NCBI GenBank assembly: GCA_963668025.2
Contig: CAXXTH010000011.1
Span: 64,001-128,000, forward strand
DNA from: Candidatus Hydrogenedentota bacterium
Lineage (GTDB): Bacteria > Hydrogenedentota > Hydrogenedentia > Hydrogenedentales > SLHB01
Direction of reading: 5' to 3'
DNA: 64,000 nucleotides
Shown: one piece after another, positions 19,206 to 30,200 of the stretch
How positions within the stretch are numbered: the stretch's first letter is position 1
Layout of the letters: each line of letters starts with the position of its first letter
Notes under the pieces: model-generated
What the model was told of the DNA's origin: nothing
The model's database searches: none
What the model saw: the letters and a program-made list of their open reading frames with translations, nothing else
Translations under genes and position numbers: made by a program

Positions 19206-20147
19206 ATGTCTAACCAATCCCGCCGTGAATTTCTGAAAGTTTCCGCTGCCCTCGCGGGCTCGATGGCGCTTGGGAAAGCATTTGCGCAGGAAACAGCGCC
19301 AGCTCCCGCCGCCCCGTCTCCGCTTCAAATGGCCATTGCCCGCTGGCAAAGCGCGAATCCTGCAACCGCCGATGAAATTGCAGGCAAATTGACCGCCCAG
19401 GCGATTGAAGCGCTGGGAGGGATGCAGCGTTTTGTCAAACGGGGCGATGTGGTGTGGGTCAAGCCCAACATCGGCTGGGACCGCGCTCCCGAGCTAGCGG
19501 CGAATACCAACCCGGAGGTGGTGCGGACGATTATCCGCATGTGCCTGGAGGCGGGGGCCAAGGCGGTGAAAGTAGGGGATTACCCGTGCGCCGAGCCTGC
19601 CCGTGCTTACATGAATAGCGGCATTCAAGCCGCCGCTGAAGCTGCTGGCGCGCAAATGGTTTTTCTCGATACGAGCCGGTTCAAGGATATGGCTATTGGC
19701 GGCGAACGCTTAAAGACCACGCCCGTATATCCTGAGATTGTCGAGTGCGACTTGGTGATTGATGTGCCCATCGCGAAAGACCACGGCTCGACCGGCGTTT
19801 CGCTTTGCATGAAGAACTACATGGGCGTGGTGGGCAACCGCCGCATTTTCCATCAGGACCTGCCTGGCTGTATCCGGGACATCACGGCGTTCATGAAACC
19901 GCGTATTTCCATCCTCGACGCCGTCCGGGTGCTGACGGCCCATGGGCCTACCGGCGGGGACTTGGCGGACGTGAAGCAATTGAACGTCGTCGCCGCGGCG
20001 ACGGATATCGTGGCCTTGGACGCTTTCGGCGCGGAATTGCTCGGGCGTGATCCCCTGCAGGTAGGTACCATCGTGGAAGGCCATAAAGCGGGCCTTGGCG
20101 AGATCGATTACCACAAGCTCGCCCTTAAAGAGATTGTGGCGGCCTGA
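19206..20147 (+). CDS. Tat-exported DUF362 family protein
   Basis: SRREFLK twin-arginine signal; VKPNIGW, NTNPEVV, MKNYMG, HGPTGG; AAGGAGG RBS. Confidence 0.9.
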   Translation: MSNQSRREFLKVSAALAGSMALGKAFAQETAPAPAAPSPLQMAIARWQSANPATADEIAGKLTAQAIEALGGMQRFVKRGDVVWVKPNIGWDRAPELAANTNPEVVRTIIRMCLEAGAKAVKVGDYPCAEPARAYMNSGIQAAAEAAGAQMVFLDTSRFKDMAIGGERLKTTPVYPEIVECDLVIDVPIAKDHGSTGVSLCMKNYMGVVGNRRIFHQDLPGCIRDITAFMKPRISILDAVRVLTAHGPTGGDLADVKQLNVVAAATDIVALDAFGAELLGRDPLQVGTIVEGHKAGLGEIDYHKLALKEIVAA

Positions 20148-21787
20148 TGATGCGCAGGCCTCGTTCCTGGACTCAATGGGTGCGCCGGATATGCCAAGGC
20201 GCGTTGCTGGCCTTGTTTATACTGGCGGTCTGGTCGTTGCGGACCTCATCGCCGGAAGGCGGGCATCGTGCGCTGTTGCACCTATTCATGGCTTTGGATC
20301 CCCTGATCGCGGCCGGTACATGGCTGTCTTCAGGGGAAGTCCAGCACGGACTTGGGCTGGCCATCATCATGGTGGTTGCGACGATAGTGCTGGGCCGGTT
20401 TTTCTGTGGCTGGATGTGTCCTTTCGGGACGCTTCACGCCATGGTGAGCGCCTTGCGGCGCAAGCCGGAGCGCGGCGCTCCGTTGGAACGGCGCACCAAG
20501 TGGCATGCCGCGAAATACGTGCTGCTGCTCGCGTTGCTGGTGATGGCGCTTTTCGGCGTAAATTGGTTTGGCGTGTTTGATCCGCTTTCGCTGCTATGCC
20601 GGAGTATCACCGCCGCAGCCCTGCCTGCCGCGCAATATGCCGTCGATGACTTCTCGACCGGCATATACCATCAAGACCCGCATGCTGGCCCTGTCCATCT
20701 GGCCACGATCACCGAACCGGTCTACCGCTTCCTGCGCGATAACGTGTTTGTTCATGGCCGCCAGGTGTTTCAAGGCGGCGGGGTGATAGGCGTTCTTTTT
20801 CTAGGCGCACTGCTGCTCAATTTCGTGAAGCCGCGATTCTGGTGCCGGTATGTGTGTCCGTTGGGCGGCCTGTTAGGCTTGCTTGCACGCCGCCCCCTTT
20901 ACCGGCTTAGGAATGACGAAAGCAAATGCAACAACTGCGCCAGATGCAATCCCGCTTGCCCTGCCGCCGCCCAGCCGGATCTTCGAGGCGAATGGCTGCC
21001 TACGGAGTGTTACGTCTGCCACAACTGCACGGCGGCGTGCAATTTTGGTGCGGTGGCCTTTCAATTCAGGCCTCCATTCAAGCGGATGGAGGCGGGCGGC
21101 CTCGATTTATCCCGGCGCACGGCGCTGGCGGCGGGCGTGGGGGGGATGGCCGGTTTGTTGTTATTCCGCCTATCGCCGCAAACCCAGGCCAAGGCGGTTG
21201 CTCCCTCGCTGATTCGCCCGCCCGGCGCACGGCCGGAACGCCAATTCCTGCAGCGCTGCATACAATGCGGCGCGTGCATGCGCGCTTGCCCCACCAATGG
21301 CTTGCAGCCCACGGCCTTCGAAGCGGGGCTTGAGGGCCTGTGGACGCCTAAGCTTGTTCCCCAATTGGGGTATTGCGAATATACATGCAACCATTGTGGC
21401 GAGGCGTGCCCCACGGGGGCAATCGAGGGCTTGCCCATCGAGCAAAAGCAGCAGGTGAAGATCGGGCTGGCCAGTTTTGACGCCAGCCGCTGCATACCCT
21501 ATGCGTATGGCCGGGAATGCGCCGTGTGTGAAGAACACTGCCCCATTCCCACCAAGGCGATCTATTTCGTGGATGTTGAAGTGCGCCTGCGCGATGGAGT
21601 GGTGAAAACGCTCAAGCAGCCTCACGTTGATCCGGACAAGTGCATCGGCTGCGGCACCTGCGAATGGGCCTGCGTATTCAAAGACCAAGCCGCTATCCGG
21701 ATCACCTGCGCCAACGAATCGCGTAATCCCGAGAACCAGCCCATACTCTCCGGCGGAATGGACGCGGGCTCGCCTTACGGAATTTGA
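20147..21787 (+). CDS. Membrane-bound polyferredoxin (NapH/MauN-like fused to NapG/MauM-like 4Fe-4S domain)
   Basis: GRFFCGWMCPFG, RFWCRYVCPLG, several CxxCxxCxxxCP motifs, internal LSRR and IRPPGA. Confidence 0.9.
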   Translation: MMRRPRSWTQWVRRICQGALLALFILAVWSLRTSSPEGGHRALLHLFMALDPLIAAGTWLSSGEVQHGLGLAIIMVVATIVLGRFFCGWMCPFGTLHAMVSALRRKPERGAPLERRTKWHAAKYVLLLALLVMALFGVNWFGVFDPLSLLCRSITAAALPAAQYAVDDFSTGIYHQDPHAGPVHLATITEPVYRFLRDNVFVHGRQVFQGGGVIGVLFLGALLLNFVKPRFWCRYVCPLGGLLGLLARRPLYRLRNDESKCNNCARCNPACPAAAQPDLRGEWLPTECYVCHNCTAACNFGAVAFQFRPPFKRMEAGGLDLSRRTALAAGVGGMAGLLLFRLSPQTQAKAVAPSLIRPPGARPERQFLQRCIQCGACMRACPTNGLQPTAFEAGLEGLWTPKLVPQLGYCEYTCNHCGEACPTGAIEGLPIEQKQQVKIGLASFDASRCIPYAYGRECAVCEEHCPIPTKAIYFVDVEVRLRDGVVKTLKQPHVDPDKCIGCGTCEWACVFKDQAAIRITCANESRNPENQPILSGGMDAGSPYGI

Positions 21788-21890
21788 TTTTGCTGGGTTT
21801 GCCCCACCGGTCAACGGATTTGCCTATTTAAAAGCGTAGGGCGTTGTTTGTTCCTTTTCGCCGGTATTGATACATCATTTTGCATCTGAC

Positions 21891-21914
21891 GACCGACGAG
21901 GGCGTCGGTCCCAC
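21891..21914. repeat. REP-like palindrome GACCGACGAGGGCGTCGGTCCCAC
   Basis: Hairpin; a related copy GACCGGCGAAGGCGCCGATCCCAC lies at 57570-57593. Confidence 0.6.
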
Positions 21915-22139
21915 ACTTTTTAAAGGGTCTTCGTGAGAATTTGTGGGTGTTTGAGGACTAGGAATAACATGCAGGTAGTGGCAATCCTATTTAAAAAAGA
22001 CAAATGCATATGCCCATTTTTCACCCCATCCAACTGCCTCCCCGTCTTTGGTTTTCAGATCCGGATTTTTACCGCGAAGGTCATGAAGAACACGAAGGTT
22101 TTCCACAGATGATACAGATAAAATCCAGAGTAAATATCG

Positions 22140-23162
22140 TTATTCTTCTATTATTTTCCCATGCGGGAAATGGGCGCTGTGCGTGAGCTTGCTCCGGTAT
22201 TGGCTGGGAGACATATTCGTGTAACGTTTGAAGAAGTGGCAGAGATGTGCTGAGTCCGAATACCCCGCTTCCAGCGCAATGTCCGTGATTTGTTTTTCTG
22301 GTTCGAGCAGCAATCGGCAGGCCCGCTGCACACGCCGCCGCTGATAATATTCCATGGGAGGCCACCCCGTGGCCTCCTTGAACACCGCCGTGAAATGATT
22401 GATGGACAATGCCACGTGCTTTGCGAGATCGGCGACGATTAATGGCTCCGACAGCAAAATCCGTTGTTCAATGTATTCCAGCGCCTTTCTTACCTCGGGG
22501 CGGAAGGCGATCAATAGGGCGTCAGGACTGCTTCGGACATACGCCCTGCTCAGCTTTATCAGCAACTTCAACAGCGCCGCGTTCAGCAGCGTTAATGAAG
22601 GCTCCGCGCTGTAGCATTCCCTTCCTATATCGGCGATTTCATGATCGATGCCCGCCATTTCCTCCTCGGTGAGGACGAACTGGGCGGCGGACTGCGCCAA
22701 CGGCGTTCTAAACAGTGAAGCGGATAAAAAGAGGGGAAGCAGGCCTGCTTCTCCCCAAAACGCGGTCAGATCATGGCATAGCCATTCCGGAAGATAGTAG
22801 ACATTGGTCTGCTCCAGTGCTCGAACCCCATAAATGGAATGGACGGAGCCGGGAGTCATGACCACGATGGTGCGTTCGGATAGCCGGTCCTCGAAATCAT
22901 TCGTGCAGTGCATGGCTTCGCCTTTTCGCACGATGCAGATCTCGTAATACTGATGATCATGGGGGCGCTTGTCTTGCTGTTCGGGCGTCATGACGACATC
23001 GCCATACTGCCAGCCCGGATAATCAGGGGCGTCGGGGCGAAGCACGCGCAAGTCACCCTCGCCAGGAATCCATGAGGTGGCCCGTACGGGCCTCCGTCCA
23101 GAAAGGCCAAACCAATCGGGCAGGGCCGTGAAAGCAGGTTCTAGTGATTGCCGGTGATCCAT
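22140..23162 (-). CDS. AraC-family regulator with cupin sensor domain
   Basis: PHDHQYYEI cupin motif; C-terminal double HTH ending ITDIALEAGYSDSAHLCHFFKRYTNMSPSQYR; divergent from the DUF1559 gene. Confidence 0.92.
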   Translation of the reverse strand: MDHRQSLEPAFTALPDWFGLSGRRPVRATSWIPGEGDLRVLRPDAPDYPGWQYGDVVMTPEQQDKRPHDHQYYEICIVRKGEAMHCTNDFEDRLSERTIVVMTPGSVHSIYGVRALEQTNVYYLPEWLCHDLTAFWGEAGLLPLFLSASLFRTPLAQSAAQFVLTEEEMAGIDHEIADIGRECYSAEPSLTLLNAALLKLLIKLSRAYVRSSPDALLIAFRPEVRKALEYIEQRILLSEPLIVADLAKHVALSINHFTAVFKEATGWPPMEYYQRRRVQRACRLLLEPEKQITDIALEAGYSDSAHLCHFFKRYTNMSPSQYRSKLTHSAHFPHGKIIEE

Positions 23163-23434
23163 ACAAAAACTTCCTAAGTTAGGACAAGTAGATTTTAATG
23201 CTTTTTTTTATACTTTACAACAGAGAAGAGAAGAAATATGCACAGCCGGATGGGCTATGAAGGCAAAAATTGAATAACTATCTGCTTGGCTTTCACTGAA
23301 TGGGGTTGTTTCGGGTATGCCATCAGATGGGTATCAAGATGTCATTCTTAGTTCTTCCGTCTGCGCACAACGCCGATGATGAATGAGTCAATATTGATGA
23401 GTCGTGATTGTAAACAAATAAGGAGAGGGTCTTT

Positions 23435-24556
23435 ATGAAACGTAAAGGATTTACACTGATTGAACTGCTTGTCGTGATAGCGATCATCGCTATCCTGGCG
23501 GCAATACTGCTTCCTGCCCTTGCGCGGGCGCGGGAAGCGGCGCGGCGGGCTTCCTGCTCCAGCAATCTGAAGCAGTGGGGTATCATTTGCAAGATGTATG
23601 CCAATGAAAACAAGGGCATGTTCCCTTCCGGACCGCATTACATCCCAAGCAACGGGTCTGATCCGTGGTATGCCTATCATGGCATCGCGGCGGATGATCT
23701 GTATCCGGATTATTGGAATGATCCGGCCATTTGGTTGTGTCCGTCTGACAACCGAACGAACAGTGGAAGTTATATATCCGCTGCTTATACTGGTTATCAA
23801 CCAGTCGAGATTGATGAGGATTACGTAGGTCAAATCCAAAAAATCTCCACGATGACGGATCTCACTGCTACAGAAAAAGAATACTACCTGAACATGATGT
23901 TGTCCATCAATCCGTCTTACATTTACAACCCGTGGGGCGCCGGAACGGCCTCCCAATTGCTTCAGGCGTTGGTTTCGCAGATCTATGTTGCCTGGTATAA
24001 TACCAGCGATATTAAGGTTGTTGGCAGTGTTCCACCCAATGCTTCCAAACCTTGGGGCAAGGGGTATGGAATGTTCAATATCACGGGTGTTCTTGATGAT
24101 GATATTGGTTCCGGTGCTGTCACGAAAATCAATTCGTTTCTTAAGGCTAATGGATATGGCGGTGATCCGTCCGATGCATCCACTAATTGCGATGACGGGG
24201 GAACTAAAATGCCTACCACAATTATGCGCATGAAGGAAGGCATCGAGCGTTTCTTCATCACGGACATCAACAATCCCGCATCGGGTTCCGTAGGGCAGAG
24301 CACGATGGTCATCATGTTCGACGCATGGGCTGGCACCCGTATGTATAATAACACGCCCGTTATGGGACAGAGCGTGTTTAACCACATCCCCGGCGGCGCC
24401 AACACGCTGTACATGGATGGGCATGTGGAGTTTATCCGCTACAATGGCGATAGAGAGCCGTGCGCCAGTGGAGAGAATTTAGTTAAAAACAAGAACGCCA
24501 AGGCGTATTGCCGCTCGTTCGACGCGTGGATGTGGGCCATGGGCGGCTGGGGTTGA
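23435..24556 (+). CDS. DUF1559 prepilin-type N-terminal cleavage/methylation protein with C-terminal H-x-DG motif
   Basis: MKRKG|[36 protein letters not shown]-x-NLKQ; CPSD; [19 protein letters not shown]. Confidence 0.93.
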   Translation: MKRKGFTLIELLVVIAIIAILAAILLPALARAREAARRASCSSNLKQWGIICKMYANENKGMFPSGPHYIPSNGSDPWYAYHGIAADDLYPDYWNDPAIWLCPSDNRTNSGSYISAAYTGYQPVEIDEDYVGQIQKISTMTDLTATEKEYYLNMMLSINPSYIYNPWGAGTASQLLQALVSQIYVAWYNTSDIKVVGSVPPNASKPWGKGYGMFNITGVLDDDIGSGAVTKINSFLKANGYGGDPSDASTNCDDGGTKMPTTIMRMKEGIERFFITDINNPASGSVGQSTMVIMFDAWAGTRMYNNTPVMGQSVFNHIPGGANTLYMDGHVEFIRYNGDREPCASGENLVKNKNAKAYCRSFDAWMWAMGGWG

Positions 24557-24651
24557 TGTGTGAACGAATCCCATTGAAGGGAACTGTATAAGTGGTGGTG
24601 GCGCCGCGGCGCTGGAAACAGGACAGAGATTTAGAAAAGGATATCACGGGT

Positions 24652-25968
24652 ATGACAAGCATGAAATCTGGGCTGGCAACATCAACATTGGCTATCCATG
24701 GCGGAACGCCCGTGCGCACGGAACCCATTCCTTGGGAATTGCCTGGTATGCATTGGATCGGGCAAGAAGAAGCGGAGCTGGTGGCGGACGTCGTTAAACG
24801 CAAAAGCCCCTTCCGTTACTATGGGCCGGATTTAGGGCATATGGCCGACACGCTCGAGAAGGAATTCGCGGGACGTTTAGGCCGGAAATACGCCTTGGCG
24901 ACGGCGAGCGCCTCAGCGGCGCTGAGCTGTGCGATGGCGGCGTTGGAGATTGGGCCAGGAGATGAAGTGCTCATACCCGGATATCTATGGGTAAGCTGCA
25001 TCAGCGCAGTGGTTCGCGCGGGGGGCATCCCGCGGCTTGTCGATATCGATGATACGTTTTGTGTGTCGCCGGAGGACCTTGCCCGCAAGATCACGCCGCG
25101 GAGCAAGGCCCTCCTGCTCATTCACATGAGCGGCGCGCCGGGCGATTTGGATCCGATCTTCGAGATCACGCGCAAGGCAGGGCTCCGGGTCGTTGAAGAC
25201 GGCGCGCAATCCAATGGGTCCACCTACAAAGGCAAGCCTATTGGGTCTTTTGGCGACATTGGCTTGTTCAGTTTCCAGCTCAATAAAAACATGACTTCCG
25301 GCGAAGGCGGCATCTTGGTGACGGATGATGAACACCTCTATAAGCGGTGTTTCGCCGCCCACGACATGGGATATGCGCGCAACGCGCAGGGCCGCCTCGA
25401 TCCGCTCGAGGAGAAATACCAGTTGTGGGGCATGGGCGCGCGGATGAGCGAGCTTTGCGCCGCCATGGCGCTCGCCCAGCACCGCAAGCTGGGTAAAATC
25501 GTCGGCGCCATGCACCATGCGAAATACACGATCAAGAATGAACTTGAAAAGATTGATGGATTGAAGTTCCGCCGCATTGTGGATCCTGAAGGCGACAGCG
25601 GGCCGTTCTTGATCGTGACGCTGCCCTCCGCCCCACTGAGCAAATCCTTTGCGGAAGCTTTGGAGGCGGAAGGCATTCGCGGCCCGGAAGGGAGTTGCGC
25701 CTTTATTCACATGGAAGGATGGCATTACCACTGGCACTGGAACAACGTCAGTCTGGTGAACCGCCGGAGCCTTTCTTCCACGGGATGGCCGTGGACGGCT
25801 CCCGAAAACGCTTTCGCCAAAGATTACTCGTATGCACGCGGAACGCTTCCAAACTGTGACGACTTAGCATCACGCTCGTTGTTGCTCACCATCGCGTCTT
25901 GCCTCACGGATAAAGACGTGAATGACATCGTTGAAGCGTACTCGAAAGTAGCGGAGGCATTATTGTAA
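24652..25968 (+). CDS. DegT/DnrJ/EryC1/StrS-family PLP aminotransferase
   Basis: LAIHGGTPV, GPGDEVLIP, VVEDGAQ, FSFQLNKNMTSGEGG with PLP Lys; AAAGGA RBS before the ATG at 24652. Confidence 0.92.
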   Translation: MTSMKSGLATSTLAIHGGTPVRTEPIPWELPGMHWIGQEEAELVADVVKRKSPFRYYGPDLGHMADTLEKEFAGRLGRKYALATASASAALSCAMAALEIGPGDEVLIPGYLWVSCISAVVRAGGIPRLVDIDDTFCVSPEDLARKITPRSKALLLIHMSGAPGDLDPIFEITRKAGLRVVEDGAQSNGSTYKGKPIGSFGDIGLFSFQLNKNMTSGEGGILVTDDEHLYKRCFAAHDMGYARNAQGRLDPLEEKYQLWGMGARMSELCAAMALAQHRKLGKIVGAMHHAKYTIKNELEKIDGLKFRRIVDPEGDSGPFLIVTLPSAPLSKSFAEALEAEGIRGPEGSCAFIHMEGWHYHWHWNNVSLVNRRSLSSTGWPWTAPENAFAKDYSYARGTLPNCDDLASRSLLLTIASCLTDKDVNDIVEAYSKVAEALL

Positions 25969-26321
25969 GGAAATAAGTGTTCTCTAGATGGGAGAGCCAT
26001 CTCTTTTGAGGCGTGTAGGCCTGGGAAGGGGAAAGGCCAAACCATTGAAGGGAGGGATGTGTGTGACAGGCGGCCAAGGATGTCGGTTTGGGGTGTAGTA
26101 CTTTAAAGAGAGAGGGTTGCCGTTTTTTTCTTCAAGCCGGTTTGAGAATAGAGAAAGCGTGTTTCGCTATCTAAAGAGGAAGGCTGGCTTGGGTATGGTA
26201 TTGCGGAAAAGAAAACGACCCGCAAGGAGTGTGTGGGCCCCTTTTCCGCTGAAGCCGTGAGCAAAGTCAAAGGCGGCAAGGAAATGTACAGTGTCCATTT
26301 GACACACAAGGAGGCAAAACA

Positions 26322-27059
26322 ATGCGTAGAGTGATGGCTATTTCTATCGCGTGTTTACTTTCCGCTGGCGCATGGGCTGGCACCTGCACGGATGATTTCT
26401 CGGGTACGGAATTTAACTGCTCGGATTATTGGTCAATTGGCGCAGTTTTCGGCGGAGAAGAAGCTGGTTCGGTAACCATTACCGATGGTGTTCTAAGGTT
26501 TAACAAGACAGGCGCTGAAGCTGCAAACACAGAGTATCTAACCATGGTAGGCAAGTATTTGCTTGCTCCATTTGCAGTGGAATATACGATTATGGATACT
26601 AGCCAATTAGTCAGCGGTGCCGGATACCTCATGCAGCGTATTTGGGGTGCAGGTGGCGTCGGAGTGCTTGATTGGATTACGGTTAGCAATTCCGGCGGCA
26701 CGATCAAAGTTCATGACGCAAACAATGGCGTCGATTATTATACGGAAGCTGCGGCCAATCTCACATCCATGCGGGTGAAATTTGAGATTGCAGCCACGGC
26801 AATCACTGTATATGTCGCTCCAAATGGCGGAGCATATGGCGCGGGTGTGGAGCGTGCTTTTGCCGCCCCCATCCCAGAAGATCTGACTGTAGGCATACAT
26901 ATTACCGCTATGGATCAGTATCTTGGTGAAACCGGGATTGTTGGGCCCTTCACCATCGATATCGACGATCTCGCGATCACGGGTGAAACGGTTCCTGATT
27001 CCCCACCCGTGGCTGGCGACGTTCCGGCGTTGCAAGTGCCGTTCTTTGCCGAAAAATAA
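26322..27059 (+). CDS. Secreted hypothetical beta-sandwich protein (possible lectin/CBM)
   Basis: AAGGAGG RBS, signal peptide ending AWA, DDFSG start and IDIDDLAIT end; homologous to the N-terminal domain of 35943..38819. Confidence 0.75.
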   Translation: MRRVMAISIACLLSAGAWAGTCTDDFSGTEFNCSDYWSIGAVFGGEEAGSVTITDGVLRFNKTGAEAANTEYLTMVGKYLLAPFAVEYTIMDTSQLVSGAGYLMQRIWGAGGVGVLDWITVSNSGGTIKVHDANNGVDYYTEAAANLTSMRVKFEIAATAITVYVAPNGGAYGAGVERAFAAPIPEDLTVGIHITAMDQYLGETGIVGPFTIDIDDLAITGETVPDSPPVAGDVPALQVPFFAEK

Positions 27060-27073
27060 ATACACGTAATGCT

Positions 27074-27102
27074 GGCGGCAGAGGATTTGCTCCTCTGCCG
27101 TC
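27074..27102 (+). terminator. Stem-loop after the secreted beta-sandwich gene
   Basis: GGCGGCAGAGGA/TCCTCTGCCGTC stem; no clear U-tract. Confidence 0.5.
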
Positions 27103-27263
27103 ATATAAAGATTCTTGTGCACAAAATATATTCAGCTTGTTACCCATTCAGATGAGCCAACCATAAAAGGGGAGAGCCTGCCGTTTTTGTCCGAAACTTG
27201 AAACATGTGTATTTGATTTCGCCTGTTGCATGGGGCAATTCCAAATGAAAGAGGCCAGTTGAT

Positions 27264-30200
27264 ATGAAAACAAGATGCGGGAAGCAGTCGATTGTGTGGG
27301 GCCTGATTCTGACGGGAACTTTATTTATGATTAGTGGCGCAGCCATCGCGGAGGCTGCCCAAGCACGTGCCGCCATCGATTTAGATGGCTCTTGGGAGTT
27401 CCGGTTGGATCCCACCAGCGTGGGCGAGAACGAATCCTGGTTCAACTCTTCCACGTCTTTTGCCGACGCCATTCAAGTTCCCGGCGCATGGGATGCGCAA
27501 GGATTTGGAGAAGAAACGGAAAAACTCCAGCATAACTTCGTTGGGAAAGGCTGGTATCGCCGTTCCGTTCCCGTTCCGGCCGATTGGAAAGGGCGTCCTG
27601 TATTCATCTGTTTCGGAGGCGTGTACCGCTCCGCAAAAGTGTGGGTTAATGGCCAGCTTGCAGGGAGCCATCTCGGTTACAGCTCCAATTTTGAATTCGA
27701 CATCACCAAATTCCTCACTCCCGGCAGCCCTGCCCTCGTCGCCATTCAAGTGGATTCCGAGCAAGATTGGAGCAAAGACACCCTCCAAGGCTGCATGGAC
27801 ATCATCGACCATTTCCATACCTTCTGGGGTGGAATCTGGAGCCATGTATCCATCGAGGCCCGTTCGGCGGTTTGGATGCAAGACCTGTTTATCGCCCCGC
27901 GCATCGAGCCCGCCGGCTGCGAAGCCAGCGCGGAGATCGTGGGGGAGAGTAATCAGGCCAGCAGCATTCGGCTCACATTCCTCGATGCGGAAGGCCATAG
28001 CGCCGCTGTTAAGACGGAAAAAGTGAAAGATGGCAGCCGGTTTGAATGCAGCATCGACCTGCCTGAAGCCCAGCTCTGGACGCCGGAGAATCCCTACTTG
28101 TATACCGCGCGCGTGGAGCTGCTCGGGCCATCCAACGAGCTGCTCGATAGCCAAGAAACGCGTTTTGGCGTGCGCACCATCGAGATTAAAGGCACGGACT
28201 TTTATGTAAATGGGAAAAAGTATTATCTGAATGGATATGGCGATGATTGTGTCTATACGGAGACTATTGCGCCTCCGGCGGACAAGCAATTCTATATCGA
28301 GCGGCTGCGCCTGATAAAATCGTTCGGATTCAATTATGTGCGCCATCACAGCCATTTCGTCTCGCCGGAATATTACGAGGCTTGCGACGAGATGGGCATG
28401 TTTGTGTCGCCAGAACTGCCTATTGGCTATCCGCGCTATTATGAGCGGGCGCAAGGGCCAGCGCTGGAATTGTATAAGTCCGAATGGACCGCCGTTCTTA
28501 AGCGCTACCGCAACCATCCATCTATTTTTGATTGGTGCATGAGCAATGAACTGTGGGAAGGCATGCCGCGTGTCGGCCAAGACCTGTATAATATTGCCAA
28601 AGGCCTCGATAAGACCCGCCCCGTTATCGATTCCGACGGCGTCTTCGCCCCCGGATTTATTGATGGAACAAAAGACCGCCCCACGATGGATTTCTTCACC
28701 GTGATGTTCAGCATCTTAACGTCGCCTTTTGAGAACCAAGAAAAGTTCAAAACGGCAAAACCGCTTAAGCCTATCATCACGCACGAAGAGGGCAACTTTG
28801 TTCATTTTCCCCGGCTGGATGAAATCGAGCTGTTTACAAACAACTTCAAGCCATTCTGGCTGACCGATTGCCGCGACCGCATCGCAAAAGCAGGATTACT
28901 CGACGAGACGCCCGAATGGTCGCTGGCTTCCGAGCAGCTATATCTGTTATGCCACAAAGCGAATATCGAGGCGATTCGCAAGAACCCGTATATCTCCGGT
29001 TATGACTGGTGGCTGTTCCAGCCGTGGGTATGCGGTTCCAATGGCTTGGTGGATATCCATTTCCGCACCCACTCGGTCACGCCGGAACAGGTAAAGACCT
29101 TTAACGCGCCGCTTGTGATTCTGCAAAACGGCGTCAAGCAGACGTATCGGGCGGGAGAGACCGTCGAAGCGGAGATGATTGTATCGAATTATTCGGGCGC
29201 GGCGTTGGAAAACGCCGAACTCACCGTTGGCCTGGCGTCGGGCGGCGTATCCGAACAGCCCGCTACGTTGAATACGGCCGCCATTCCGAATGGCGATGTC
29301 GTTTCCTTGGGCCAGGTGAAGTTTGTATTGCCCGATACAAAAGAACCGATGCAATTGTCGGTGTCGGCTGCTCTAGGGGCAGGCGGTTCCATCAAGCAAA
29401 CCAACGGCTGGACTTTCTGGGTGTTTCCCGCAGAAACACCCAAGCAACCCGAATCCACCCCGCTGTATGTGAGCAGTGATTTAATGGCGCTGCTTGCTCC
29501 GTTCGCCCCGAAACCGATGCCCGAGGGCGAATTGCCCAGCCCTGCCGTGTATGTGTCCCGCCAGCCCAGCGAGGCGTTGGCGCGCGCAGCGGAGCAGGGG
29601 AGCTGTGTGGTGTTGCTCTCGCCCGCCGGGGTGTTCCCGATGGAGTATACGACGTTTAAATCCGCCTGGTGGATGGGCGTCTTTGACGGAGATAGCAATG
29701 CGGGCACCTATGTGTACGATAATCCCGTAACGAAGGGACTTACACCTGGGCATTGGTGCGATGCTTCTTGGTTTAATCTGCTGCAAGGATCGCAGACCTT
29801 GATGCTGGAAAGCCTGGAGGAGCAGCCGGAAGTCCTGATCCGGGCCTTGAACACCCAAGGCGCGCCGCACGGGTTCTCCCGGTATGTTGACTTTGAGTTT
29901 GTATGGCGCAATAAATCGCTCCTGGCGCAGGCCAAAGTGGGCAAGGGCGCTTTTATCATCAGCGGATTGAACTTTGACCTGGCCGCCCGCAACGGGGGCT
30001 CGGAGGCCGGCTTCGTGCTCGGGCGGCTGCTGGAATACGCCGCCACATTCCCCACGCCGAAAGCGGAATGGTCTTCCGCATTTGTAGAGAAGTGGATAGG
30101 CCAGTCGTTGTTTGCTAAAGGGCCTGTGGTGTCCGGTTTCTCCCGCATGCTGTATCATAAAGGCCCCACGACAAAGGCGAATAGCTACCGCGAACTGGCT

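Noticed and set aside
26990-27059. PEP-CTERM/IPTL-type sorting signal in VPDSPPVAGDVPALQVPFFAEK
   Set aside because: No transmembrane helix or basic cluster follows the VP motif.
27381-28580. 399-aa minus-strand ORF, plus similar long antisense ORFs such as 58295..59251 and 42339..43199
   Set aside because: Each lies wholly opposite a well-supported gene and reflects codon bias.
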